DNA of 64,000 nucleotides from IMG/VR virus record IMGVR_UViG_3300031576_000028, positions 1-64,000 of that record; one strand, written 5' to 3'. Of the stretch, positions 29,036-37,922 are shown piece by piece. Positions within the stretch are counted from its first letter, which is position 1. Every line of letters starts with the position of its first letter. The notes beneath the pieces were generated by a model. That model did not search any database. It saw only the letters and a list, made by a program, of their open reading frames with translations, and was not told the DNA's origin. Source of the DNA: a virus. The translations under genes and the position numbers were made by a program.

Positions 29036-29064
29036 AGCCTATGCGCAGGCGCACGGCGTGTCAA
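29036..29064 (-). promoter_or_regulatory. Sigma-70-type promoter for the head operon
   Basis: TTGACA-17 nt-TAGGCT on the minus strand. Confidence 0.75.
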
Positions 29065-29643
29065 CTACGCGCGGCGCCCCTGGATCAGGGAGAGCAGCTC
29101 CGCGCGGGAGCCGGGATCCTTCCGGAAGGCGCCCAGCATGCAGGAAGTCACGGTCGAGACGCCCTTCTTGTTGACGCCGCGGGTCGACATGCACTGGTGC
29201 TCGGCCTCGACCACGACCCCGACGGCGAGGGCCTCGAGGGACTCCTGGACCGCGTGGGCGATGTCGGAGGTCATCTTCTCCTGGATCTGCAGGCGCTTAG
29301 CGAAGGCGTCCACGACCCTGGCGAGCTTGGAGATCCCGACGACGCGCTTGTTCGGCAGGTAGCCCACGTGGACGACGCCGAGGATGGGGACGAGGTGGTG
29401 CTCGCAGTAGCTCTCGAACTGGATGTCCGTCAGCAGGACGATCTCGTCATAGCCGCTGACGTCCTCGAACGTCTTCGAGAGGATCTTTTTGGGGTCCTGT
29501 TCGTACCCGCGGAAGAACTCCTCGTAGGCCTTCACGACCCTGGATGGAGTATCGACCAGACCCTCGCGAGCCGGGTCGTCGCCGGCCCACGCGAGCAGCG
29601 TGCGCACGGCTGCCTCGGCCTCTAGCCTGGTCGGACGGGTCAC
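29065..29643 (-). CDS. folE: GTP cyclohydrolase I
   Basis: [33 protein letters not shown] and HQCMSTRGV motifs. Confidence 0.97.
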   Translation of the reverse strand: MTRPTRLEAEAAVRTLLAWAGDDPAREGLVDTPSRVVKAYEEFFRGYEQDPKKILSKTFEDVSGYDEIVLLTDIQFESYCEHHLVPILGVVHVGYLPNKRVVGISKLARVVDAFAKRLQIQEKMTSDIAHAVQESLEALAVGVVVEAEHQCMSTRGVNKKGVSTVTSCMLGAFRKDPGSRAELLSLIQGRRA

Positions 29644-30221
29644 TCGGCGGCCGGGGGGCCTGGCTCGTCGGCGGCCGCGTCCTCCGCGCCCTCCTCGGCC
29701 TCTTCCTCTTCTTCGGAGACGTTGAAGTCCTCGTCGACGTCGATCTCCTCGCCGGCGTACTTGCCCGCCTGGAGGAGGAACGCGCAGAGGAGCTTCTCGT
29801 CGGCCTTGTCGCCGACGCTGGGCGCGAGCGCCGTCGCCAGCGCCTCGCAGTCCTCCGGCGAGAGCGCCGAGACGTACTTGGCGAGGCCCATGGACAGCTC
29901 GTCCGGCATGCGGTCGACGGCCTTGCCGACCTCCTTGAGGGCGTCGTCAGGAACCTCCTTGAGGAGGAGGTCGCCACCGACGTCCATGGCGAGATCGTGC
30001 AGCTCGCCCGCCTCGTCCTTGATCGTCCGACCGAACTCACCCCACTCCTCGATCAAAGCTGCTCCGCGCGCGGCCGGGTCGGCGGCGACGGGGGCGTCGG
30101 CCTCGTCATCGTAGTCGTCGGCCATGCCCTCGTGGCCGGGGGGCTGGGCCATCCCGAGCTCGACCGCGGAGGGGCCGGAGGCGTGCTGATCGACCAAGGC
30201 CTTGAGCTTGTTTGCGAGCAT
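29640..30221 (-). CDS. Acidic hypothetical protein coupled to folE
   Basis: GTGA overlap; D/E-rich. Confidence 0.75.
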   Translation of the reverse strand: MLANKLKALVDQHASGPSAVELGMAQPPGHEGMADDYDDEADAPVAADPAARGAALIEEWGEFGRTIKDEAGELHDLAMDVGGDLLLKEVPDDALKEVGKAVDRMPDELSMGLAKYVSALSPEDCEALATALAPSVGDKADEKLLCAFLLQAGKYAGEEIDVDEDFNVSEEEEEAEEGAEDAAADEPGPPAAE

Positions 30222-30245
30222 GCCTGATGGGTACCACGACGCCGC

Positions 30246-30764
30246 TTACTCAGGCAAGAAGCGACCAGTAACTGTGTCGATAGTTCTCCCTACGTAGTGC
30301 TCACGCAGGTGGTCGGCGCGAGTCGCCTTGAGCTCGAGGTTGTCGGGGCGGTTGTCGGCTCGATCTTCGTTCACGTGATGAACGTCCTCGGTCGGGAGCA
30401 GGTACCTGCCGAGGCTAGCTTCCATCACCAGCCGGTGCTCCCGAATTGTCCCGTCGGCGTGCGCGTGTGGGTGGCCAGCTGGCGCGGTCACGTCGATGTA
30501 GCCATCCTCCCGCAGCTTGTAACCGACGAGCCCGCGCCCAGGCAGCACGTGCTTGCGGCGCGACTTTACGGATCGCTCGATGGCGAGCCGAGCAGGCTTC
30601 TGGCCAGCCTTCCCCTCTGAGATCGACCGCATCCTAACACCTGCTCGGCGAAGCCACGTTCGCGCGGTTGTGGCAGAGACATTGAGCTCCGCAGCGCAGG
30701 CACGCACCGACAGAATTTCCACTTCGTAGAGCTCCGCCATCCTCGACCGACCTGGGCACTTCAT
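30246..30764 (-). CDS. HNH homing endonuclease with N-terminal HTH
   Basis: EHRLVMEASLGRYLLPTEDVHHVNEDRADNRPDNLEL; locally lower GC. Confidence 0.9.
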   Translation of the reverse strand: MKCPGRSRMAELYEVEILSVRACAAELNVSATTARTWLRRAGVRMRSISEGKAGQKPARLAIERSVKSRRKHVLPGRGLVGYKLREDGYIDVTAPAGHPHAHADGTIREHRLVMEASLGRYLLPTEDVHHVNEDRADNRPDNLELKATRADHLREHYVGRTIDTVTGRFLPE

Positions 30765-30788
30765 AGGCCGAACGATAGCGCAGTTAGT

Positions 30789-31712
30789 TTACTTGCGCAC
30801 CACCCGCTGGCCGTCGATCAGCTCCCAGCCCCACCCCCAGCCTGGCCGCCACGGCTGAAGTACGCTGCGATCATTTGGGCGGTTGGGCGGGAAGGTCCAC
30901 TGCATGCCGAGCATGCTCGGGCTGATCTTCAGGTTTGGGGGGTTGACCAGGGGCATCCCGAAGGAGGCCCCCGGGCGCGCGAGCTGTCCGTGCATGGCGC
31001 AGGAGTCGTCCCCGACCCTCGCGTCGAGCTTGGCGAGGGTGACGTCTGCGACGTACTCCACCCACCGCATCATGATGTCGGGGAAGGTCTTCTTGGTGGC
31101 CCCGATCGCGTCCATCTGGGTCGCGTTGTAGGCCCACGCCGTCTCGGTCCTCGCGATCCTCTCGGCGCGCCACAGCTCGCCGCCGATGACCTCCGAGACC
31201 CCTTGGACCATCTCGAACCCGCTGAGGCCCTGCAGGAGGCCCACGCCGATCGTCTGCTCGACCTTGACGACGACGGAGGCCCCGTACTTGGCCATGGATC
31301 GCGTGTTCAGAGACATCAGGCTCGTGCGCCGCGCGTCGACGACGCCGGCGAACCTCGCGGCCTGCTCGATCGGCAGCTGGACGACGGCACCGCTCGCGAC
31401 CTTCTCCATCCTCTTGACCGCCATGATCATGGCGTTGGCGGAGGACTCCTGCGCGATCACCGTCTGCTCGTTCATGGCAGCGCCGAGGTGCACCGACAGC
31501 CGGACGAGGCCCTGCCTGGCCTGGGCGAGCATCGACTGGGCCTTCTGGATCGTGAATGGCGAGGCACCCGAACCGACTGCCCGGGCGAGCTGGCGCTCGA
31601 GGCCCTGCGCGGCCTCCACGTAGAGACCCCTGATTCGCGGGACGCTGCCCTTCTCGATGAGGCCGTTGAGCCGCCGCAGGTGGGCCTTGGCCGACTCCTG
31701 GTACTCGCCCAT
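30789..31712 (-). CDS. Minor head protein, MuF/SPP1 gp7 family
   Basis: RAERIARTETAWAYN...D.RVGDD...HGQ...PPNRPNDRS. Confidence 0.85.
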   Translation of the reverse strand: MGEYQESAKAHLRRLNGLIEKGSVPRIRGLYVEAAQGLERQLARAVGSGASPFTIQKAQSMLAQARQGLVRLSVHLGAAMNEQTVIAQESSANAMIMAVKRMEKVASGAVVQLPIEQAARFAGVVDARRTSLMSLNTRSMAKYGASVVVKVEQTIGVGLLQGLSGFEMVQGVSEVIGGELWRAERIARTETAWAYNATQMDAIGATKKTFPDIMMRWVEYVADVTLAKLDARVGDDSCAMHGQLARPGASFGMPLVNPPNLKISPSMLGMQWTFPPNRPNDRSVLQPWRPGWGWGWELIDGQRVVRK

Positions 31713-32122
31713 CAGAACCGAACCACATCTCCGACGTCGACGCCGCTCGCCTGGCACCAGCCGGCGTTGACCTCGAGGACGTAGAGCGACGGCTGACCGG
31801 CGCGCACCTTGTCGGTGCCGGGCGCCGCGTTGCGGACGATCGCGACCACCATCATGCCCTCGTCGATGAACACGAGGTCCAGCGGGATCAGGACGCCGCG
31901 CATCGTGGACGGGTGATCACCCACGTGCCCAGGCATGAACAGCATACCGGCGTCTCGGGCTAGGGCCTTCCTGCCGGCGAGCCCTCGCTCCATCCTGCCC
32001 GGCTCCGCGACGATCTCCGCGGTGACCGCGGCCGGCCCAACGCGGACGACGAACTCGCCGCGCGGGATCTGCGGGGCTGGCGTCGTGGCGGAGATGTGCC
32101 CGAGGATCTTCCTGGTCAGCAC
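31712..32122 (-). CDS. DUF192 family protein
   Basis: ERGLAGR..LARDAGMLF...MRGVLIPLDLVFID...YVLEVNAGW. Confidence 0.85.
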   Translation of the reverse strand: MLTRKILGHISATTPAPQIPRGEFVVRVGPAAVTAEIVAEPGRMERGLAGRKALARDAGMLFMPGHVGDHPSTMRGVLIPLDLVFIDEGMMVVAIVRNAAPGTDKVRAGQPSLYVLEVNAGWCQASGVDVGDVVRF

Positions 32123-32123
32123 G

Positions 32124-32627
32124 TCAGCCTCCTCTGGACACTGAGATCGCGTAGAAGGGCACCTGGGCGGTCGAGTGGCGCCAGCGCCGCATGAGCTTGT
32201 CCGACGGCGTCGACATGCGGCCGACGCCTGGGTCCTGCACCACGATCAGGTCGTCTTCGTCGAACCCGGTCGCGGCCACCCAGTGGTCCCAGTCGTCGAC
32301 GGCGAGGATGCACGGTCGGCTCGACGCCAGGCTGCCGTGGAGGAACTCGCGCGCAGCGTCGGCGTCCGAGAACTCCTCGGCCTGGTGCCTGAGGCCGAGC
32401 GCGTCGAGCGCGGCCAGCAGCTGGTCGGAGTCGGTGCCGGCGGGGTCGGCCTCGGACAGGCTCCGGGCCTGGGCCTCCGTCACGACCACGCCGAGGGCCC
32501 GAGCGCAGCTGACGACGGCGGCCGGGCCGCAGCTCCACGACGTCTCCTGGATCGCGGGCGGCAGGCGGGCCGGCATCGGCGTCACGGCCTGCTGCTGGAC
32601 GAGGGCCATGAGCTTCCGGTGGTCCAC
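32124..32627 (-). CDS. Peptidase C39-like cysteine protease (start approximate)
   Basis: QETSWSCGPAA (Q, C), DHWV (H) and VQDP (D) catalytic pattern. Confidence 0.8.
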   Translation of the reverse strand: MDHRKLMALVQQQAVTPMPARLPPAIQETSWSCGPAAVVSCARALGVVVTEAQARSLSEADPAGTDSDQLLAALDALGLRHQAEEFSDADAAREFLHGSLASSRPCILAVDDWDHWVAATGFDEDDLIVVQDPGVGRMSTPSDKLMRRWRHSTAQVPFYAISVSRGG

Positions 32628-32629
32628 GC

Positions 32630-33058
32630 TCAGGACCTGGCGATGTCGGTGGCGACCTGGACGATCGGCTTGTCGGCGCCGGGGCCGCGGTCGATCTCGA
32701 CCAGCACGTAGCTGGGGGCCTTGGCGGCCGCACGCTCCGCGTCTCGCTGGTGTGTGCGGCACGCGTTGACGGTCGAGAAGCGGACCATGGGGCCGAACGT
32801 CGTCGGCGTGCACGGGATGTACTTCCCGTTCGGGTTCGACAGGGCGATCATCGTCGCCATCCGCGGGTTCCGCTGGACGAACTCGTCGTGGAGCATGAAC
32901 ATCTTGATCTGGATGACCGGGAGGTTCGGGCACCCCTTGATGGCGCAGGGGTCGCGGAGGCCGTGCCTGGCGTGTACATCCTCGGCCGTCCGCACGCCTC
33001 CGAACAGCTTCGACCTGTGGATCACCTCGGAGCGCTTCAGTCGCGAGTCTCGTCCCAT
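32630..33058 (-). CDS. Putative zinc-binding hypothetical protein
   Basis: CAIKGC...CRTH; TAGTGT -10 element 5 nt upstream of ATG 33058. Confidence 0.7.
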   Translation of the reverse strand: MGRDSRLKRSEVIHRSKLFGGVRTAEDVHARHGLRDPCAIKGCPNLPVIQIKMFMLHDEFVQRNPRMATMIALSNPNGKYIPCTPTTFGPMVRFSTVNACRTHQRDAERAAAKAPSYVLVEIDRGPGADKPIVQVATDIARS

Positions 33059-33175
33059 GGGCCACACTAGCAGCGCCTCAGACGGCGCGCCAGGGCCCAT
33101 GTAACTTGACGGGGGCCGCCAGCTCAACCAGCTCAAACGCGCTCGTACGCGGCGCTAGGAGCCCTCATCGGCGAC

Positions 33176-33454
33176 CTAGTCGAAGCGCGTCGGCGTCCGG
33201 TAGATCTCGAACTGGAACGGGTAGCAGCGCGCGGCGAGGCGGAGCAGCAGCCAGAACAGGAAGAACCGCCAGCGGCGGTGCGGCGGTGGCTGGTCGACCA
33301 TCACGGCCATCGTCAGCCCGCGGCGGCGCCCGGACACTGGGACGCCGTGGACGACCTCGAGCTCCACCGGGGAGTTGGCCGGCATCCGCTCGACGGCCTG
33401 GACGGCGAGGTCCGGGTTGAGGGCCGCGCAGGCGAGGGCGAACCGATCGCTCAA
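33176..33454 (-). CDS. Hypothetical protein
   Basis: TTGA overlap with the portal stop. Confidence 0.55.
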   Translation of the reverse strand: MSDRFALACAALNPDLAVQAVERMPANSPVELEVVHGVPVSGRRRGLTMAVMVDQPPPHRRWRFFLFWLLLRLAARCYPFQFEIYRTPTRFD

Positions 33455-35343
33455 GCGGGAGGCTCCTCAGCCGGCGGGGCCTCGGGCTCCTCCTCCGCGA
33501 GCTCCCCCGGCGGCCTGCGGGCGACGGCGGCGGACTTGGGGATCGCGCCCCTGAGGTCGGAGAGCATCTTGTCCGCCGACGCCTCGGGAACGTTGAACGC
33601 GAAGATGAGGAGCTCGCGCGCTGCGCTGATCGGGAGGATTCCGGACGCGGTGTCCTTGATGATCTCCGACATCGCGGTGACCTGCGCGCCGTTGAGGGCC
33701 GTATCCTGCTCCTTCTTGGGGGCCTCGGCGGCCGCGGGGTCCGTCGGGGCCCCGGCGAGGATCTCGGCCTCGATCTCATCCTGCTTGGCGCGGTCCTCAC
33801 CCTGCACCTTGCCGGCGAGCTCGGACGGGTCCTCGACCTGGAAGAACGGGGCGATGAACTTAGTGGCGTGCGCCTGGTCGATGAGGCCGGTCTGCTTGGC
33901 CATCGCCGACGCGCTGACCGCCTTGCCGACGTCGTCGAGGCTCGGCTCGAAGTACGGGGGCCAGGTCAGCGTCGCCTGGTACGGGCCCTTCCCGAGCGCG
34001 TGCTCCCCGCCGTCCTCCTTCTTCGGGAGGGTGATCGAGAAGCGGGTGATCTTGCCGTCGACGTTGCGCGGGCGCGACAGCGAGACGGCCGCGACGAGGG
34101 CCATGTTGATAAGCCGCTTGACGCCCATCTCCCCGTACTGCTCGCGGAACGTGTCGGCGCGGGCGAGCATCGCGGCGAAGTTCCGCTCGACCTCCGTGGC
34201 CGTGCGATTTCCGCCGTCGGGCTGCTCGAGGACGCACTGCGCGACCTCCAGAGCCATCTCCTTGTAGATCTTCGCCTGCTCGCGGGCCTGCACGATGCCG
34301 CCGCCGGACATCTCCATGTAGCCGGCCGATCCGCCGTTTGGGAGCTTGATCGCGTTCGCCGATCCCTTGCGAACCTCGCCCATCTGGGCGTCCGTCGTGA
34401 TCACGGTCGTCGGATCGCAGTTGGCGAGGATGCCCTTCTCGCCCTGAGCGTTGAGTCGGTCGATCGCCTCGACGAGCTCGTATACGCCTTGGCAGTCAGG
34501 ATCGCCGTCGACGTCGGTGACCACGGCCTGGTTCTGCATCCAGGCGACCGGGCAGAAGCCGAGGCCGTGCCGCACGACGGTGGCCGGAGTCCACTCCGGA
34601 TTCCTGATCCGCGGGTCCGCGAGGATTGGCTCGAACACGACGTCCTGCTCAACGTCGATGACGCGTCGGTACCAGAAGTCGGCCTCGACCCACTCGCCGG
34701 TCTCCTGGTCGCGGACCTCCTGCTTGAAGGTGTGGCGATACTCGAGCGCGCGGAGGATCAGGTTCGCGCGGTCGAGGAACGTCGGTGCGCACCAGCGCGG
34801 GTCGAACACCTCGAACGATGGCCGGCCGGCCAGCACCTTGAAGCCGACGACCGCCGTGCCGGTGGCCCCGCCGAACGTCCTGGCGAGCATCATCTGGGGC
34901 CACAGGCGCCCCGCCTCGATCACGGCGTTGACGTAGTCCTCGGTCTGCTCGTCGCCCTTGACCGTCACTTGCGGGTGGCGCTTCTGCCCGAACAGGAGGC
35001 CGGTGAAGCGGTCTACGATCACCTTGCACAGGTGGTACGGGGTCGACGGCTTGCGGAACTGGATCGGCAGCGTCTCGCTGTGGGCGACGTAGAACCCCGG
35101 CGGCACGTAGCCGGCGAGGGCGATCGCGTCACGCTCGAACTGCCCGACCGCGCGCGAGCCGTCCCAGGCCACGCTCCGGGCGGCGTACTGCTCGCAGCGG
35201 TAGTAGCCCCACCGACGGTCGAGCTCGCGCTGGCGCGGGGACAGCGACACCGCGCCGACGTCCCGGACCTCCAGGTCCTCGTTAACGACCCTACCGGAGG
35301 CGACCGCGAGCGCCGGGTGTCCGCCGCCTCCTGTGAAGCTCAT
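33451..35343 (-). CDS. Portal protein
   Basis: KVIVDRFTGLLFG and HGLGFCPVAWMQN (SPP1 gp6-like); position ahead of MuF. Confidence 0.85.
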   Translation of the reverse strand: MSFTGGGGHPALAVASGRVVNEDLEVRDVGAVSLSPRQRELDRRWGYYRCEQYAARSVAWDGSRAVGQFERDAIALAGYVPPGFYVAHSETLPIQFRKPSTPYHLCKVIVDRFTGLLFGQKRHPQVTVKGDEQTEDYVNAVIEAGRLWPQMMLARTFGGATGTAVVGFKVLAGRPSFEVFDPRWCAPTFLDRANLILRALEYRHTFKQEVRDQETGEWVEADFWYRRVIDVEQDVVFEPILADPRIRNPEWTPATVVRHGLGFCPVAWMQNQAVVTDVDGDPDCQGVYELVEAIDRLNAQGEKGILANCDPTTVITTDAQMGEVRKGSANAIKLPNGGSAGYMEMSGGGIVQAREQAKIYKEMALEVAQCVLEQPDGGNRTATEVERNFAAMLARADTFREQYGEMGVKRLINMALVAAVSLSRPRNVDGKITRFSITLPKKEDGGEHALGKGPYQATLTWPPYFEPSLDDVGKAVSASAMAKQTGLIDQAHATKFIAPFFQVEDPSELAGKVQGEDRAKQDEIEAEILAGAPTDPAAAEAPKKEQDTALNGAQVTAMSEIIKDTASGILPISAARELLIFAFNVPEASADKMLSDLRGAIPKSAAVARRPPGELAEEEPEAPPAEEPPA

Positions 35344-35376
35344 GTTGGCCAGCCTAGCTCAGCGCCGGTCCGGGGT

Positions 35377-35646
35377 CTACGGCTTCGGCCTGCGGCGCTC
35401 GACGCGGCCGGCCGCGTCGTGGTCGAGGTCGCGCTCCAGCTCCGTCTTGGGGAGCGGCTCGGGGTTCGTGCCGGCCCGGTTGACCAGCGCCAGCAGGAAT
35501 TCGAGGTCGACGACGTACTTGTCCGCGTACACGGTCGGGGGCTGCCCGCCGAGGGCCGTCTGGGCGTGCACCTTCTTGAAGTAGGCCAGGTCCGCGAGGA
35601 TCTGGGCGAGCCTCGCGGCGTCATCTGGCGCTTGGTCGTCGGGCAT
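35377..35646 (-). CDS. Hypothetical protein
   Basis: GC3 bias, GGAG RBS. Confidence 0.6.
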   Translation of the reverse strand: MPDDQAPDDAARLAQILADLAYFKKVHAQTALGGQPPTVYADKYVVDLEFLLALVNRAGTNPEPLPKTELERDLDHDAAGRVERRRPKP

Positions 35647-35905
35647 CTTCGATCATCTCCTCGAGCTCGACGAACCACTCCGGCTGGGTGGAGTGGATCT
35701 CGACTCGGCTGGGGGTTGAGCTCACTACGTACCACACCAGCGCGGGCGGGAGGGCCCTCGCCGCCGCCAGAGCCTGGGCCCGCTCCAGGGCTGCGAAGGT
35801 TACGGCGACGAGGAACAGCGGCTCGAGGTCGCGGTCGACGAGGGTCGACCCGCGGACGTTCTTCCACGACCGAAGCTCGGCGACCTGGCCGGGCGACAGG
35901 CGCAT
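35621..35905 (-). CDS. Hypothetical protein
   Basis: TGATG overlap with the endolysin stop. Confidence 0.55.
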   Translation of the reverse strand: MRLSPGQVAELRSWKNVRGSTLVDRDLEPLFLVAVTFAALERAQALAAARALPPALVWYVVSSTPSRVEIHSTQPEWFVELEEMIEDARRPSAR

Positions 35906-36807
35906 CAGTAGGGGATCCCCTTGCGGCTCGGGTCCCACGTCTCCGGGATCGGCTTGCCGCCGGCGCCGTCGTGGATGCAGAAGCCGGGACCGCCGTCGTG
36001 GAGGCCGAGCTCGGCCATCAGCTCGCGGGCTACCCCCCACGTCCTCGACCCGGGGTCGTTAGCGCGGCTGCGAGACGAGCAGCGGTGTGGGACGATGACG
36101 TTCATCATGCCGCCGAGCGAGTCGATCACGTGCTTTCCCCAGCGGACCAGCTGCTTGAGTGAGTGGACCTGCGCGTCGGTGATCGACACGGCCTGCTCCA
36201 CCCACCTGGTGGACCTGTCGTCCCAGACCGTCCTCGGGTCGCCCTCGACGCCGGCGAACAGGCCGTCGACCTCGACGCCCCACGTGAGGCGGTTGAAGCC
36301 GTTGCCGTGCGCCACGAGGCGGTTGAAGTCGTGGAGCCACAGGACGTCGCCGTCCTTGTAGTGACCGCCCGCCGCGCGGGCGATCAGGAAGTGCGCCGTG
36401 ACCTTGTCCATGCGCGCCGGGTCGCGCGATCCGGACATGACGCACGCCGTCTGGTGCAGGCACGCGCCGGTGATCTTGTCCCATGGACGGGGACCGTAGT
36501 CCCCATACGGCCCGACGATCGGCCGGCGGTCGACCAGCTGGTCGGGCTCTGGGACGGCCTGCGCGGCCATCGCCCGCCTCCTCGCGAGCAGGTCGTAGAC
36601 GAGGGCGACCTCCTGGTCGTCGGCCACGTCCTTGTCGGGGTCGTCGGGGTGGGCGCGGCCCTGCTCGAACAGCACGTGCACGAGGGCCGACGCGGTCTCG
36701 CCGCCGAAGTCCGCGTCCGCACCCCACCTTGGCAGCGCGGCGCCGAGCTCGAGGAGGGCCTCCTGGAACTGCTTCACCTGGTCGCCGCGGTCGCCGATCT
36801 TGAACAT
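35905..36807 (-). CDS. Endolysin: PG-binding domain plus N-acetylmuramoyl-L-alanine amidase (Amidase_2)
   Basis: GDRGDQVKQFQEAL...DADFGGET; LHQTA, TAHF and PHR..S.R..DPG zinc-amidase motifs. Confidence 0.88.
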   Translation of the reverse strand: MFKIGDRGDQVKQFQEALLELGAALPRWGADADFGGETASALVHVLFEQGRAHPDDPDKDVADDQEVALVYDLLARRRAMAAQAVPEPDQLVDRRPIVGPYGDYGPRPWDKITGACLHQTACVMSGSRDPARMDKVTAHFLIARAAGGHYKDGDVLWLHDFNRLVAHGNGFNRLTWGVEVDGLFAGVEGDPRTVWDDRSTRWVEQAVSITDAQVHSLKQLVRWGKHVIDSLGGMMNVIVPHRCSSRSRANDPGSRTWGVARELMAELGLHDGGPGFCIHDGAGGKPIPETWDPSRKGIPY

Positions 36808-36817
36808 GCCAACTAGA

Positions 36818-37015
36818 CTAGTTCAAGTCAGACCGGCGCGCCAGCTCCTCGGCCGCGACCTCGCCGCGGAGGGCCTCGACGTACAGCTCGACGTCGACGC
36901 CCCATCGCTGCAGGCAGGTCTGGGTGAGGGCGAGGAGCACCTCCAGGACGACAACCTTCCGCTCCCCGTGGATGGCGAGCCCCAGCTTCTCGATCAGCCT
37001 CTCTGCGTCGCTCAT
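36818..37015 (-). CDS. Hypothetical protein
   Basis: AAGGAGG RBS, ATGA overlap. Confidence 0.6.
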   Translation of the reverse strand: MSDAERLIEKLGLAIHGERKVVVLEVLLALTQTCLQRWGVDVELYVEALRGEVAAEELARRSDLN

Positions 37016-37278
37016 CGGGGATCCTCCTTGTCCATCACCAGTCTCCTGGCGATCACCTTTGGGTCCCGGCGCACCCTCCAGCGGGCTAGGAACAAGAACG
37101 GCAGGCCGACGAGGGCCGGACCCCACAGCGAGCAGAAGAGGATCAGCTTGAGCTGCTCCACCCGCTCGCGATCGTCCTCCTCCTCCAGCGGGGACATCAC
37201 CTCGTCTATGCCAGTCAGCACCCCCCACAGGGCCGAGGCGAGGACCATGTAGATCGCAGCGAGCCAGTACCACTCCAT
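37012..37278 (-). CDS. Small two-TM membrane protein
   Basis: MEWYWLAAIYMVLASALWG... and LILFCSLWGPALVGLPFLFL. Confidence 0.65.
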   Translation of the reverse strand: MEWYWLAAIYMVLASALWGVLTGIDEVMSPLEEEDDRERVEQLKLILFCSLWGPALVGLPFLFLARWRVRRDPKVIARRLVMDKEDPR

Positions 37279-37922
37279 CAAAGGACCCCCCAAGTATCGC
37301 GGATGATGACGGCCGCGGCCTCGGGGTCGTCGATGATTAGCTCGCGGGCGATCTCGTTCGTCGCGGCCACTCGGAGGATCTTGACCCGCACGTGGACCGG
37401 CAGGAGCTTGTCGATGTCGCACTCCCTCCAGACCCTCTCGGTCCGCGGCGTCTGGCCCTTCGAGGTGCGGGTCGAAATGGTCTGCGACACGAGCTGCCGC
37501 TTCTGGACGTAGCCGAGCCGCCTCGCGAGCTGCTTGTCCCTCGTCAGTCGCTTGGCCATCTCCCACGCCCACACTGGGCACGTCGCCTCGAAGGTTAGGC
37601 TCTCCTGGACGTCGCCCCAGTGGTCCAGCACCCTCCTCGTCACCATCCTGAAGCCGCGGGACCGACTCCCCTCCTCGACCTCCTCCTCGCGGTACACGGG
37701 CTCCCTCCACCACACGTACGCCGGGGCCATCTTGGCGATCCCTGCCTTCGACAGCAGGGCCCCGAACTGGCCGGCGAAGCGCCACCCGATCTCGTCCAGC
37801 CTCTGCTGGGTCCTGCGCGCCACGCAAAACGGGGCGTTCTTCCCGTGCTGGGCCTTGAGCATCCTGAGGGAGGTCATCCTCCCACACCACCGACACTCGA
37901 TCTTGGTCACGTGTCCCATCAC
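37278..37922 (-). CDS. Hypothetical protein (CxxC...H...C)
   Basis: Coupled ORF, GC3 bias. Confidence 0.65.
   Translation of the reverse strand: MMGHVTKIECRWCGRMTSLRMLKAQHGKNAPFCVARRTQQRLDEIGWRFAGQFGALLSKAGIAKMAPAYVWWREPVYREEEVEEGSRSRGFRMVTRRVLDHWGDVQESLTFEATCPVWAWEMAKRLTRDKQLARRLGYVQKRQLVSQTISTRTSKGQTPRTERVWRECDIDKLLPVHVRVKILRVAATNEIARELIIDDPEAAAVIIRDTWGVL

Noticed and set aside
33868-36162. Long antisense/alternate-frame ORFs (e.g. 33868..36162, 9552..11126, 23909..25303, 61636..63225, 62211..63638)
   Set aside because: Shadow ORFs expected in high-GC DNA; R/P/S/A-rich and overlapping well-supported genes
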